A stretch of DNA of 33,192 nt from an uncultured Terriglobales bacterium (GCA_955652845.1 CATPBY010000050.1:1-33192), one strand, 5' to 3'. Numbered from the stretch's first letter, positions 24,227-32,638 are shown. Notes: generated by a model not told the origin, from the sequence alone. A program made the numbers and translations.

Positions 24227-25705
24227 CTAAGCCTTGACGGGTTCCGCCGCCGCCGTGGAAGCGTCCTTATCGCGCTTGTCCTTGACCCACTTGTGGCGCA
24301 TGGCACGTACTTTCAGGAAGGTCTTGGCCTCTTTGTAGAGACGCTTGCGATCGTCGCTATGGAACGCGGCCTTTTTCAGAATGCGGAATACAGCCTTGGG
24401 CCTGAAGTAGTATTCATCGTAGAAGCGGTGCACGGCGTCCAGGATCTCTTCCGCCGGCAGGCCAGGATACTGGATGTGAGCGAGCTGATGGCCGCCTTCA
24501 TCCACCATTATGCTGTCTGCCACAATGAATCCATTCTTCATCGCATAATCGTAAAGTTCGGTGCCAGGATAAGCGTGCGCCACCGAAACCTGAATGGTCT
24601 CCACATCCAGTTCCTTGGCAAACGCGATGGTGTTGTTAATAGTCTCGCGAGTTTCTCCCGGCAACCCCATGATGAAATCGCCGTGAACCACCAGCCCCAG
24701 CTTATGGCAATCCTTTGTGAACTGGCGGGCGCGCTCGATGGTCGCGCCCTTCTTGATGTTCTTCAGGATCTGCTGGTCCCCGGACTCGTAGCCCACGATC
24801 AAAAGGCGGCAACCAGCTTCCTTCATGGCCTTGAGAGTTTCAAAATCCGTGGTAACACGCGAAGTGCAGGACCAGGTGAGCTTCAGTGGCTTCAGCTTAG
24901 CGCACAGTTCGACCGTGCGTGCTTTCTGAATGTTAAAGGTGTCATCGTCAAAAAAGAATTCTCTGACGTAGGGCCAGTAATCCTTGGCTTTGGCCATTTC
25001 CCGGGCCACGTCATCGGTCGAGCGCTTGCGCCAGGCATGGCCGCTGGTGGTTTGCGGCCACAGGCAGAAGGTACACTGCGCCGGGCAACCGCGCGTCGTA
25101 TACAGCGACACATAGGGATAAAGCAGAAAAGGCACGTTGTAGCGCTTCGGATCCAGGTCCCGCAAATAGACATCGGTCACGTGCGGAAGAGCGTCGAGGT
25201 CTTCGATCTGCGGCCGATCGGGGTTGTGCACGACTTTGCCGCTCTTTAAGTAAGAGACGCCAAGAATCTGATCGAGCGGTTTGCCCTGCGCGAACTCAAC
25301 CACGGAATAGTCGAATTCTTTACGGCAGATGAAGTCGATGGCCTGGCCATCCCGCAGAGTTCGCTCCGGAAGTACAGTGACGTGCGGCCCGACGAAAGCA
25401 ATCTTGATGCTGGGGTTGGCGTCCTTAATCTTCTGAGCTAACCGGATATCTCCGGGAAACCCCGGGGTGCTGGTGTAGAGCACCAGGAATTCATAATCGC
25501 GAGCGATCTTGATGGTATCTTCCGCCGTAACGTAATGCGGAGGGGCGTCCAGCAAGCGGGCTCCCTCCAGCATTCCAGCCGGATAGGCGAGCCAGACCGG
25601 ATACCAGTAAGACTCGATTTCACGGGTAGCAGGCCAACGTGACCCGGCGCCTCCGTCGAAGTTCTCAAACGAGGGGGGGTTCAGAAACAATGTTTTTAAA
25701 GGCAT
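24227..25705 (-). CDS. hpnJ: B12-binding-domain radical SAM enzyme, HpnJ-like (hopanoid-associated)
   Basis: The radical-SAM cluster motif is CPAQCTFC (CxxxCxxC). An N-terminal Rossmann-like cobalamin-domain region is present. The N-terminus LKTLFLNPPSFENFDGGAGSRWPATREIESYWYPVWLA resembles HpnJ family members as I remember them. It lies beside the hpn operon. The radical-SAM/B12 class call is about 0.9; the HpnJ subfamily call is less certain. Confidence 0.6.
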   Translation of the reverse strand: MPLKTLFLNPPSFENFDGGAGSRWPATREIESYWYPVWLAYPAGMLEGARLLDAPPHYVTAEDTIKIARDYEFLVLYTSTPGFPGDIRLAQKIKDANPSIKIAFVGPHVTVLPERTLRDGQAIDFICRKEFDYSVVEFAQGKPLDQILGVSYLKSGKVVHNPDRPQIEDLDALPHVTDVYLRDLDPKRYNVPFLLYPYVSLYTTRGCPAQCTFCLWPQTTSGHAWRKRSTDDVAREMAKAKDYWPYVREFFFDDDTFNIQKARTVELCAKLKPLKLTWSCTSRVTTDFETLKAMKEAGCRLLIVGYESGDQQILKNIKKGATIERARQFTKDCHKLGLVVHGDFIMGLPGETRETINNTIAFAKELDVETIQVSVAHAYPGTELYDYAMKNGFIVADSIMVDEGGHQLAHIQYPGLPAEEILDAVHRFYDEYYFRPKAVFRILKKAAFHSDDRKRLYKEAKTFLKVRAMRHKWVKDKRDKDASTAAAEPVKA

Positions 25706-25767
25706 AAGGGTGAATAACTTATCTTAACATTCCTCGAAAGATTTTGTGCTGGCAACCGGGGTACACT

Positions 25768-25798
25768 CCAGGTCCGCCTTGGTACCAAGCCCGCCTGG
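25768..25798. promoter_or_regulatory. nested palindrome upstream of the HpnJ-like operon (possible operator)
   Basis: A perfect 10-bp palindrome TTGGTACCAA (25779-25788) is flanked by CCAGG (25768-25772) and CCTGG (25794-25798). It lies 63-93 nt upstream of start codon 25705 on the minus strand. Confidence 0.3.
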
Positions 25799-25942
25799 AC
25801 AAAGCTATGCCCAAAGATAATTCTCAGGTTAATGGCTCCCTACTCCCAAGCCCAACACGTTTACGGTGAATGGCTGATTCGGAGGGGTGAAGGGCAGGGC
25901 TGGGTTCTGTAAGGGAACGGTTCCCCAGGGCTTATCGCAAAC

Positions 25943-27262
25943 CTACTTGCGGACCCCCGCCCACTCTTCAAGGTCGCCCGTGGCGCGCAGGAGCGTAATT
26001 CGGGCCCGCTGCATTTCAAAGCTGGCATCCTGAAGCATATTGAAGCGCTCTGTCGTCTGAATGCGGGCGTCCTCCAAATCATGCAAGGTGGCGGAGCCGG
26101 CGTCCATGCGGATTTGCAGCGCGTCCAGATTGGACTGCGCGACCTGATATTCGAGATCGGCTACCTGCTGCGCTGCGGTCAGTTGTTCCACGGATCGTTG
26201 CAGCCTTAATGTTTCTTCAGAAAGCTGGTTCTTCGCGGCTTCAGCGGTTTTTCTGGCGTGCAGCGTTTCAGCATCGGCTCCCTCTGCGCGAGCCCGCTGC
26301 GTAAAGCTCAGAAAAGGAAAACGGATGGCAACGCCCAGCGTGGCATTGTGACGTTGGAAGCTGCCCGCCCTGAAATATTGATCGTAATTGTTGTAAGTAG
26401 ACAGCAGCGCATACTGTCCGGCGAAATCAACCGATGGCAGCATTGCGCGATGCTCTGCGCGAGCACGAAAGCTTTGGGCAGACACGTGGACTTGCGCCGC
26501 TTCTACTGATGGGTTGACGCGTACCGCCTTGGCCGCCAGATCGTCCTCCTGTTTTACTTCAGGTAACGCCGGAATAGAGTCAGGCATAGTTTCTATGGAG
26601 GCGGCGGGAAGTCCGGTGAATTGTGCCAGCCGGCTTCGCAATACATCCGCAGCTCCGCGAGCCTCAGAAATCCGCAGCCGCACTCGAGCGCTGGTGAGAC
26701 GTGCCTGGTTTTTAGCCAACGGATTGTCTATGCCTTCCTGGATCCGTTGATCGACTACCTGTTCCATTTTAAGTGCATCGGTTTGCTGCTGTTGCAGATG
26801 CCCCAGAAACGTCTCCCACTTGCTGAGCTCGACGTAACTCAGCACCGTATCCTGGATGACCTGAGCGCACTGATCCTTAACCCGCAGCGCTGAGGCTTGC
26901 CACTCGGTTTGGGCAGCGCGCACGAGATCTCGCAGAGAGGGATTGATGAGCGCCGATTGCGTGTTAAGACTCAGGATGGCGGGTGCTGAGCCTTCCAGGC
27001 TGAGCGGGAACCCCCATGATTTTCCCAGGCCGGAACCCAAAATAAATTGCGGTATGTATTGATCGCGCGCTTCCCGATAAGCCGCAAATGCCCGTTGTTC
27101 ATCGGCGCCGGCGGCCGCTGCGGTTGTGCTGTGAGTCAGCGCCAACTCAACCGCGCGCTTCAGGGGCAGCGGTTCGGCTTCGAGCCCAGGCAAAGAGAAC
27201 AGAGAGCCGGCAAATAGGATACAGAAGGAAACACGCGAAGTAATGCGTGAAGCAGGTTTCAT
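25943..27262 (-). CDS. TolC-family outer-membrane efflux protein
   Basis: It has a signal peptide (FCILFAGSLFSLPGLEA) and a two-fold repeated OEP-type helical/beta pattern. It is the last gene of an operon that starts with a membrane fusion protein. Confidence 0.8.
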   Translation of the reverse strand: MKPASRITSRVSFCILFAGSLFSLPGLEAEPLPLKRAVELALTHSTTAAAAGADEQRAFAAYREARDQYIPQFILGSGLGKSWGFPLSLEGSAPAILSLNTQSALINPSLRDLVRAAQTEWQASALRVKDQCAQVIQDTVLSYVELSKWETFLGHLQQQQTDALKMEQVVDQRIQEGIDNPLAKNQARLTSARVRLRISEARGAADVLRSRLAQFTGLPAASIETMPDSIPALPEVKQEDDLAAKAVRVNPSVEAAQVHVSAQSFRARAEHRAMLPSVDFAGQYALLSTYNNYDQYFRAGSFQRHNATLGVAIRFPFLSFTQRARAEGADAETLHARKTAEAAKNQLSEETLRLQRSVEQLTAAQQVADLEYQVAQSNLDALQIRMDAGSATLHDLEDARIQTTERFNMLQDASFEMQRARITLLRATGDLEEWAGVRK

Positions 27263-27328
27263 CTCGCCACCTTCGAAGGAGCTGTATTTGCTAGAAATCG
27301 CGATTGTAAATGACGCGCCGGGCGGCGC

Positions 27329-28288
27329 TCAGCGGTTTAGCCGGTTCAGGGCGTCCTGGGCGCGAGAAAATTCTTTGGCCAGAGCCAGGGCGGCGCGATA
27401 TTCGTTGGCGGCAGATTGTTGATCCCCTTGCTTTTCCAAAACTGTTCCCAGCAGATAGTGGGCTTTAAAAGCTGGGGCTTCTTCCACCGGGGAGCTCGAG
27501 GCGAGATAACGACGCAATAAGTCGGTGGCCAACTTCAAATTTCGGCCACTGCGGATCAGGACGTCTCCAGATTCCACCAGGATTTCCGGGCGGTTCATGG
27601 GCGCGGATGAGGCATGACGGATGGCGTCTTCCATTTCATCCCAACGCTGCCCGTGACGATAAAACAGCGCCAGGTTGAACCAGGCCAGGGCACTGCCGTG
27701 GCTGGTCTCAATTGCGGCCCGGTACTCCTTTTCCGCGGCTGCAGAATCCTTCCTCTTTTCCTCCAGCCTCCCGTTTACCCAGTGCGCCCTGGCGGGGTCG
27801 AGTCTGGCGAGAGTCTCCGCCTGGACGCGAGCTTTATCCTGACCACCGCCAACGATTCCCGGAGCCTCAAGATAAAACTCGGCCAGATCGGTGCGGGCAT
27901 CGACGTTGTCAGGATCCAGTCTGACTGCCTGTTCAAATTCAGCACGAACCTTTTTGGCTAAACTGGCAGCGGAAAAAAATCCAGAGGCGCCAGCCTTCTC
28001 TCCGTAAATGCGTCCCAGCCACAAATGGTAGCGGCTGTTTCCGGGTTCAAGAGCGACGGCCTGTTCGCAGGCGGCGATACCGCGATTCCAATCCCCGATG
28101 GAGAAATAAGCGCGGCAAAGAAAGTTGTGAGCTGCAGCGTCTTCCGGCGTGTTACGGATTCGCGTGCGCAACGTCACGATAGCGTCATCGACTCGCCCGG
28201 CTGCCAGCAGGGCTGGACCGGAATCGTCGGCTGCGGCAGCACAAGTCACAGCACCCACACATAATATGATGTATTTCGGCCAGCGCAT
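27329..28288 (-). CDS. secreted tetratricopeptide-repeat (TPR) protein
   Basis: It has a signal peptide (YIILCVGAVTCAAAA) and repeated TPR-like units (AHNFLCRAYFSIGDWNRGIAACEQAVALEP, HLWLGRIYGEK, WFNLALFYRHGQRWDEMEDA, HYLLGTVLEKQGDQQSAANEY). Its start is 2 nt after the stop of the upstream adaptor gene. Confidence 0.75.
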   Translation of the reverse strand: MRWPKYIILCVGAVTCAAAADDSGPALLAAGRVDDAIVTLRTRIRNTPEDAAAHNFLCRAYFSIGDWNRGIAACEQAVALEPGNSRYHLWLGRIYGEKAGASGFFSAASLAKKVRAEFEQAVRLDPDNVDARTDLAEFYLEAPGIVGGGQDKARVQAETLARLDPARAHWVNGRLEEKRKDSAAAEKEYRAAIETSHGSALAWFNLALFYRHGQRWDEMEDAIRHASSAPMNRPEILVESGDVLIRSGRNLKLATDLLRRYLASSSPVEEAPAFKAHYLLGTVLEKQGDQQSAANEYRAALALAKEFSRAQDALNRLNR

Positions 28289-28290
28289 TC

Positions 28291-29559
28291 CTAATGGACC
28301 ACTTTCACCGATAGACCGCTGCGTAGCGGCTTGGAATTGAGGGAGGCTAGCGCCACCTCGGCGTTTTCTGTTATTCCCCCGGTCACTTCTACCGACGTCA
28401 GGTTGGAAACCGAAGTCTGAACGTCCCGCCGTTGTAACTCATTGTTCACCACTTCAAACACGTAAGTCTTGCTGTCATCCTGACGGATAGCCTCGCGCGG
28501 CACTGTAAGCACGCCGCGGTGTTCCGCCGTAACAATGGTAATGCCCACGTTTATGTTGGGCAGAAGTTTGAAATCCTGGTTGTCAACCACACAGGTTGTT
28601 TCCCCCACGTTCCGCGTACCGCGCAGTTTAACGGTCGCAGGAATGGTATTTACCGTTCCATTCCAAATGCGGCCCGGAATTGCATCCCATGTAACCTCGA
28701 TCTTCTGTCCAGGGGTCAGGCGCCCGACGTCGGGTTCATCCACAAAGGCGCGTACCAGCACCTTGGAGAGATCAGCCTCCTGCAAGACCAGGTCTCCCGG
28801 ATTGACGTATGCACCCTGATGCAGCGGCAGGGAGAAAACGATGCCGTCAAAAGGAGCGCGGATATTCAGTTGACTAAGGATATCTTCCGCGGCCGCATGA
28901 GCGCTTTGCGCCTCGGTCTTCTGCGCCTGGGCACGCGCAATTTCCGGCTCAGAATACCGGCCCTTCTGTTTCTGCTGAAGCAGGTTGAGGTCGGTGGTGG
29001 CGCGCGCTAATTGATTCTCGGCCTCCTTTAACTCCGCCGGTGAGGCGGCGTCCTTCTGCCGCAAACGCTGAAGAGCTTCCAGGTTGCGCTGCGCCGTGTC
29101 GCGCGCGTCCCTGGCCTTGATCAATTGCGCCTCCACAGTAAGCACTTCTTCCCGATTGCCGCCGCTCTGAATGGCGCTGAGATCAGCGTTCGCAGCACTC
29201 ACCTGAGACAATGCTCGCGCGGCATGGCTTCGGGCCTCGGCATCATCGAGCAGAACCAGCAGCTGACCTTTCTTTACCTGGTCGCCTTCTTTAACCAGCA
29301 ATCTTTTCACGGTGGTGCCCACGGGGGCATGGGGCTCGAAACTCTGGATGGGTTCGACTTTTCCGTTTGTGGAAACAACGCTGCGGATCGTATCGCGGTG
29401 CGCCTGGGCGACGCGAACGGGTACCGCATCATCACGGGACATGAATGAGGCCAGTACCACTACTGCAGCCATGATGAGAATCGCCGGCACGAGCCACTGG
29501 CGCCGCCCGAAAAAACCGTTGTTGTCACTGGTTGATGCCACTTTGTTCGCTAATCGCAA
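28291..29559 (-). CDS. efflux periplasmic adaptor (membrane fusion protein, HlyD/MacA-like)
   Basis: An N-terminal TM anchor (WLVPAILIMAAVVVLASF) is followed by a lipoyl-like motif (VKEGDQVKKGQLLVLLD), a long alpha-hairpin coiled coil and a beta-barrel region (PGQKIEVTWDAIPG). The start codon is uncertain; the track start 29559 is TTG. Confidence 0.8.
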   Translation of the reverse strand: MRLANKVASTSDNNGFFGRRQWLVPAILIMAAVVVLASFMSRDDAVPVRVAQAHRDTIRSVVSTNGKVEPIQSFEPHAPVGTTVKRLLVKEGDQVKKGQLLVLLDDAEARSHAARALSQVSAANADLSAIQSGGNREEVLTVEAQLIKARDARDTAQRNLEALQRLRQKDAASPAELKEAENQLARATTDLNLLQQKQKGRYSEPEIARAQAQKTEAQSAHAAAEDILSQLNIRAPFDGIVFSLPLHQGAYVNPGDLVLQEADLSKVLVRAFVDEPDVGRLTPGQKIEVTWDAIPGRIWNGTVNTIPATVKLRGTRNVGETTCVVDNQDFKLLPNINVGITIVTAEHRGVLTVPREAIRQDDSKTYVFEVVNNELQRRDVQTSVSNLTSVEVTGGITENAEVALASLNSKPLRSGLSVKVVH

Positions 29560-29667
29560 TAATGTATCATCTGTCGCCTTCGGCAGCTTGCGGGACTACT
29601 TAATCTCTTAGATGCGCCACTGCCCGCTAAGACTCGCAATCGCTGCCGTTTGGGGATGTCCCATACC

Positions 29668-29695
29668 GCTGGTTACAATAAGCTGGTTACAATAA
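29668..29695. repeat. perfect tandem 14-bp direct repeat ending 4 nt before the queF ATG
   Basis: GCTGGTTACAATAA occurs at 29668-29681 and again at 29682-29695. Each unit contains a TACAAT (-10-like) hexamer. No Shine-Dalgarno sequence lies between the repeat and ATG 29700. Confidence 0.85.
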
Positions 29696-29699
29696 AAAG

Positions 29700-30110
29700 A
29701 TGCCAAGGAGCCCGCGCTACCGTCCCGAACACGCCCAGGCCGGTCTCGACGCCCAATTTCCCGAAATCGAAACCTGGCAGAACCAGTTTCCAGGTTATGA
29801 AATTGTTGTGGATGACCCTGAGTTCACATCCGTCTGTCCTAAGACGGGGCTGCCGGATTTCGGCTCGCTTACCATTCGCTATATGCCCAATAAGCTCTGC
29901 CTGGAACTGAAATCACTGAAAGAATACCTGCAGTCTTATCGTAATCTCGGCATTTTTCAGGAGAACATTGTGAACCGCGTGCTGGATGACGTGGTCCGCT
30001 GGACCCGTCCGGTCTGGGCGGAGGTAAAAGGTGAGTTCCGACCGCGTGGCGGGATATCCACCGTGGTAACGGCGCGCTGGCCGCGCCCGAAGTCGGGTAA
30101 AAGAAAATAG
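29700..30110 (+). CDS. queF: NADPH-dependent 7-cyano-7-deazaguanine (preQ0) reductase, unimodular type
   Basis: It has the catalytic Cys motif PEFTSVCPKTGLPDF and the QueF motif ELKSLKEYL. The size is right at 136 aa. Confidence 0.9.
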   Translation: MPRSPRYRPEHAQAGLDAQFPEIETWQNQFPGYEIVVDDPEFTSVCPKTGLPDFGSLTIRYMPNKLCLELKSLKEYLQSYRNLGIFQENIVNRVLDDVVRWTRPVWAEVKGEFRPRGGISTVVTARWPRPKSGKRK

Positions 30111-30218
30111 CCCCTCCCCAAGTCATCGAAGAACTTAGAAGCCGCGCACCGCGAATCTCTGGTTGCCAAAACAGGCACGTGGCCCGACTGCCGCGGTCAT
30201 GTTAGATTCGCTCGACCC

Positions 30219-31460
30219 GTGTCCAATCAAAGGCTCTATCCTCGTGTCGCGCTGGCCCTGCTCACGGCGCTGAATCTTTTCAATTACATTGACCGCTCGG
30301 TACTGTTTGCGGTGCAGGATCTGGTCAAAGCCGAGTTTCATCGCAGCGACGCCTCGTTCGGCCTTTTGACTAGTGTCTTCTTCGTTTTCTACATGATCGC
30401 CGCGCCGTTCATGGGGCCATTGGCGAACCGGTTCTCCAGGAAGAGTGTGATCGTTGCCGGAGCGATCCTATGGAGTGCGGCCACCCTGCTGACGGCTTTT
30501 ACGCACAACTTTAACCAATTGCTCATACGCCACACCCTGGTCGGCATCGGGGAAGCCAGCTTCGTCACGCTTTCTCCGACATTTGTTGCGGACATGTTTC
30601 CGGAAAATCAGCGCGGACGGGTGATGGGTGTTTTTTATCTGGCGATACCCGTGGGAACCGCGCTGGGTTACGTACTCGGAGGCCTGATGGGCCCCGCATA
30701 CGGATGGCGCGCTCCGTTTTACATTGGCGCGGCCCCAGGAGTGTTTCTTGCCTTGCTGCTCTTATTCGTTCCCGAGCCGCCGCTCGGCCAGTTCGACTCC
30801 GCAGAAAAAAAGACGCCAGATCGCGACACATTGAAAGGATTGCTGCGCAATCCGGCTTTCCTCACGGCGACCTTTGGAATGGCGATGATGACTTTCGCGT
30901 TGGGCGGATTGCAGGTCTGGATGCCGACGTTCCTGCATCGCGCCCGCAGTTATAGCCTGAGGGATGCCAACAATCTTTTTGGTTTGAGTACAGCCATTAA
31001 CGGACTGGTAGCGTCGCTGGCCGGAGGATGGTTGTCGGATTACCTTCTCCGACGGACCAGGGCGGCGCATTATCTGGTTTCAGCGGCCAGCCTCGGGATT
31101 GCGATCCCGGCGATGTGGATGGCGCTGTACACAACTGGTAAATGGATGGTGGTTGGGATCTTCCTCGCTGAGTTCTTGCTGCTGCTGAACACCGGGCCAC
31201 TGAATGCCGCCGTCATAAACTCGGTTGGACCGCACGTTCGAGCTATGGCTATCGCAGTGAATATTTTCATTTTCCACCTGCTGGGCGACGTGCCATCGGC
31301 CTACTTGATCGGCTACATGTCTGACAAGTATTCCTTGCAACTGGCGTTCCTTGGCCCCGTCATCGCCATCGCGCTGTCGTCTGCGATATTGTTTTACGGT
31401 ATGAAATTCGCTCCGCCAGTCAGCATGCAGAATCAACCAGGCGCGGTTGGAGCCCATTAG
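30219..31460 (+). CDS. MFS transporter, Spinster-like subfamily
   Basis: The start is GTG. The N-terminal LNLFNYIDRSVLFAV and GPLANRFSRK (motif A-like) and GIGEASFVTLSPTFVADMFP are characteristic of Spinster-type MFS proteins as I remember them. Hydrophobic segments run the whole length. Confidence 0.8.
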   Translation: MSNQRLYPRVALALLTALNLFNYIDRSVLFAVQDLVKAEFHRSDASFGLLTSVFFVFYMIAAPFMGPLANRFSRKSVIVAGAILWSAATLLTAFTHNFNQLLIRHTLVGIGEASFVTLSPTFVADMFPENQRGRVMGVFYLAIPVGTALGYVLGGLMGPAYGWRAPFYIGAAPGVFLALLLLFVPEPPLGQFDSAEKKTPDRDTLKGLLRNPAFLTATFGMAMMTFALGGLQVWMPTFLHRARSYSLRDANNLFGLSTAINGLVASLAGGWLSDYLLRRTRAAHYLVSAASLGIAIPAMWMALYTTGKWMVVGIFLAEFLLLLNTGPLNAAVINSVGPHVRAMAIAVNIFIFHLLGDVPSAYLIGYMSDKYSLQLAFLGPVIAIALSSAILFYGMKFAPPVSMQNQPGAVGAH

Positions 31461-31462
31461 GG

Positions 31463-32638
31463 ATGCCGTATTTCCACTGGATTGCTGGCTGCATCCTGGG
31501 GCTGGTCTGGTTTGAGCGGCTGGCCGAAGCTGCTTTCGGGATGAGAAGAATCTCTGATCTTTCTCGCCCGGAATGGAACCGCAATCCGGTCACTGCCAAG
31601 GGAAATCCGACGGTCAGTATCATCGTCCCCGCCCGCAATGAAGCGGATAACATCGAACAGACCCTGACCCAGTTATTGGCCCTTGACTACGAAAACTACG
31701 AAATTATCGCCGTGGATGACCGCTCCACGGATCGCACGGGCGCGATCATGGATCACATAGCGGCTACCGCGGATGCAAAACAGCATCTCAAAGTGCTGCA
31801 CGTGAACGAGTTGCCCGCGGGATGGATGGGGAAAACCCACGCGATGTGGACGGCGTCCCAACAGGCTGGCAGCGAGTGGTTATTGTTTACCGACGCCGAT
31901 GTGCTCTTCAGTCCGGGCGCGGTCCGTCGCGCTCTGGCGTATGCGGAGTCTGAGGGCGCTGATCATCTGGTACTTTTTCCGCACATGATTATGAAGCGGC
32001 CGGGCGAAAAAATGATGATCGCATTTTTCCAGATGCTGTTCGTTTTTGGACATCGACCCTGGAAGGTCGCCGATCCGAATACTAATGATCACATGGGTGT
32101 GGGCGCCTTCAACCTGATCCGTCGCCGCGTCTACGACGCAGTCGGAACTTACCAGCGGCTGCGGATGGAAGTAATTGACGATATGAAACTGGGTAAGGTG
32201 GTGAAGAACGCAGGCTATGCTCAACACATCGTATTTGGCGGACATTTGATTTCCATCCGTTGGGCGAATGGCGCAATGGGGGTAGTGCGCAATCTCACCA
32301 AGAATTTCTTCGCACTCATGTCTTTCCAGTGGCCGCGGGCGGTCCTCTCCTGTATCGCACTAACCTTCCTGAACCTGATGCCTTTTATCGGAATTGGATT
32401 GGCGCATGGTTGGGCGCGCCTGCCTTACGCGGTTGCGCTGCTGGCGGTGTTCCTGATTTATCTGGGGATGTCGTGGATGTCAGAAATCCGCCCCTATTAC
32501 TTCTTGCTTCATCCCATCGGCACCATTCTGTTCATCTACACCATGATGCGTTCGATGGTTTTGACGCTAGGGCAGGGCGGAGTGCTGTGGCGAGGAACAT
32601 TTTATCCGCTGGGAGAATTACGGAAAGGGATGGTCTAA
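31463..32638 (+). CDS. membrane-bound family-2 glycosyltransferase (CrtQ/HpnB-like lipid glycosyltransferase type)
   Basis: GT2 motifs are present (VSIIVPARNEADNI, IIAVDDRSTDRT, GWMGKTHAMW, LFTDADVLF). It has an N-terminal TM segment and several C-terminal TM segments. Its start is 2 nt after the MFS stop. The subfamily assignment (hopene-associated HpnB-like) is tentative. Confidence 0.75.
   Translation: MPYFHWIAGCILGLVWFERLAEAAFGMRRISDLSRPEWNRNPVTAKGNPTVSIIVPARNEADNIEQTLTQLLALDYENYEIIAVDDRSTDRTGAIMDHIAATADAKQHLKVLHVNELPAGWMGKTHAMWTASQQAGSEWLLFTDADVLFSPGAVRRALAYAESEGADHLVLFPHMIMKRPGEKMMIAFFQMLFVFGHRPWKVADPNTNDHMGVGAFNLIRRRVYDAVGTYQRLRMEVIDDMKLGKVVKNAGYAQHIVFGGHLISIRWANGAMGVVRNLTKNFFALMSFQWPRAVLSCIALTFLNLMPFIGIGLAHGWARLPYAVALLAVFLIYLGMSWMSEIRPYYFLLHPIGTILFIYTMMRSMVLTLGQGGVLWRGTFYPLGELRKGMV

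Noticed and set aside
24293-25249. 318-aa plus-strand ORF antisense to the radical-SAM gene
   Set aside because: It is a shadow ORF. The opposite strand carries a full radical-SAM protein with an intact CxxxCxxC motif. This frame has no motifs and no ribosome-binding site.
25922-25934. GGGAAC-G-GTTCCC palindrome after the TolC-family stop as an intrinsic terminator (also GCGCCG-GG-CGGCGC at 27315-27328 and GGGG-ACG-CCCC near 12885 after recN)
   Set aside because: The loops are too short and no U-tract follows, so none qualifies as a convincing Rho-independent terminator. I could not identify any strong intrinsic terminator in the window.
29600-29699. Possible preQ1 riboswitch upstream of queF
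   Set aside because: The A-rich tail (AATAAAAAG) is suggestive. However, the preceding sequence is a direct repeat, not an inverted one, so no P1 hairpin can form. It does not fit the preQ1-I architecture.
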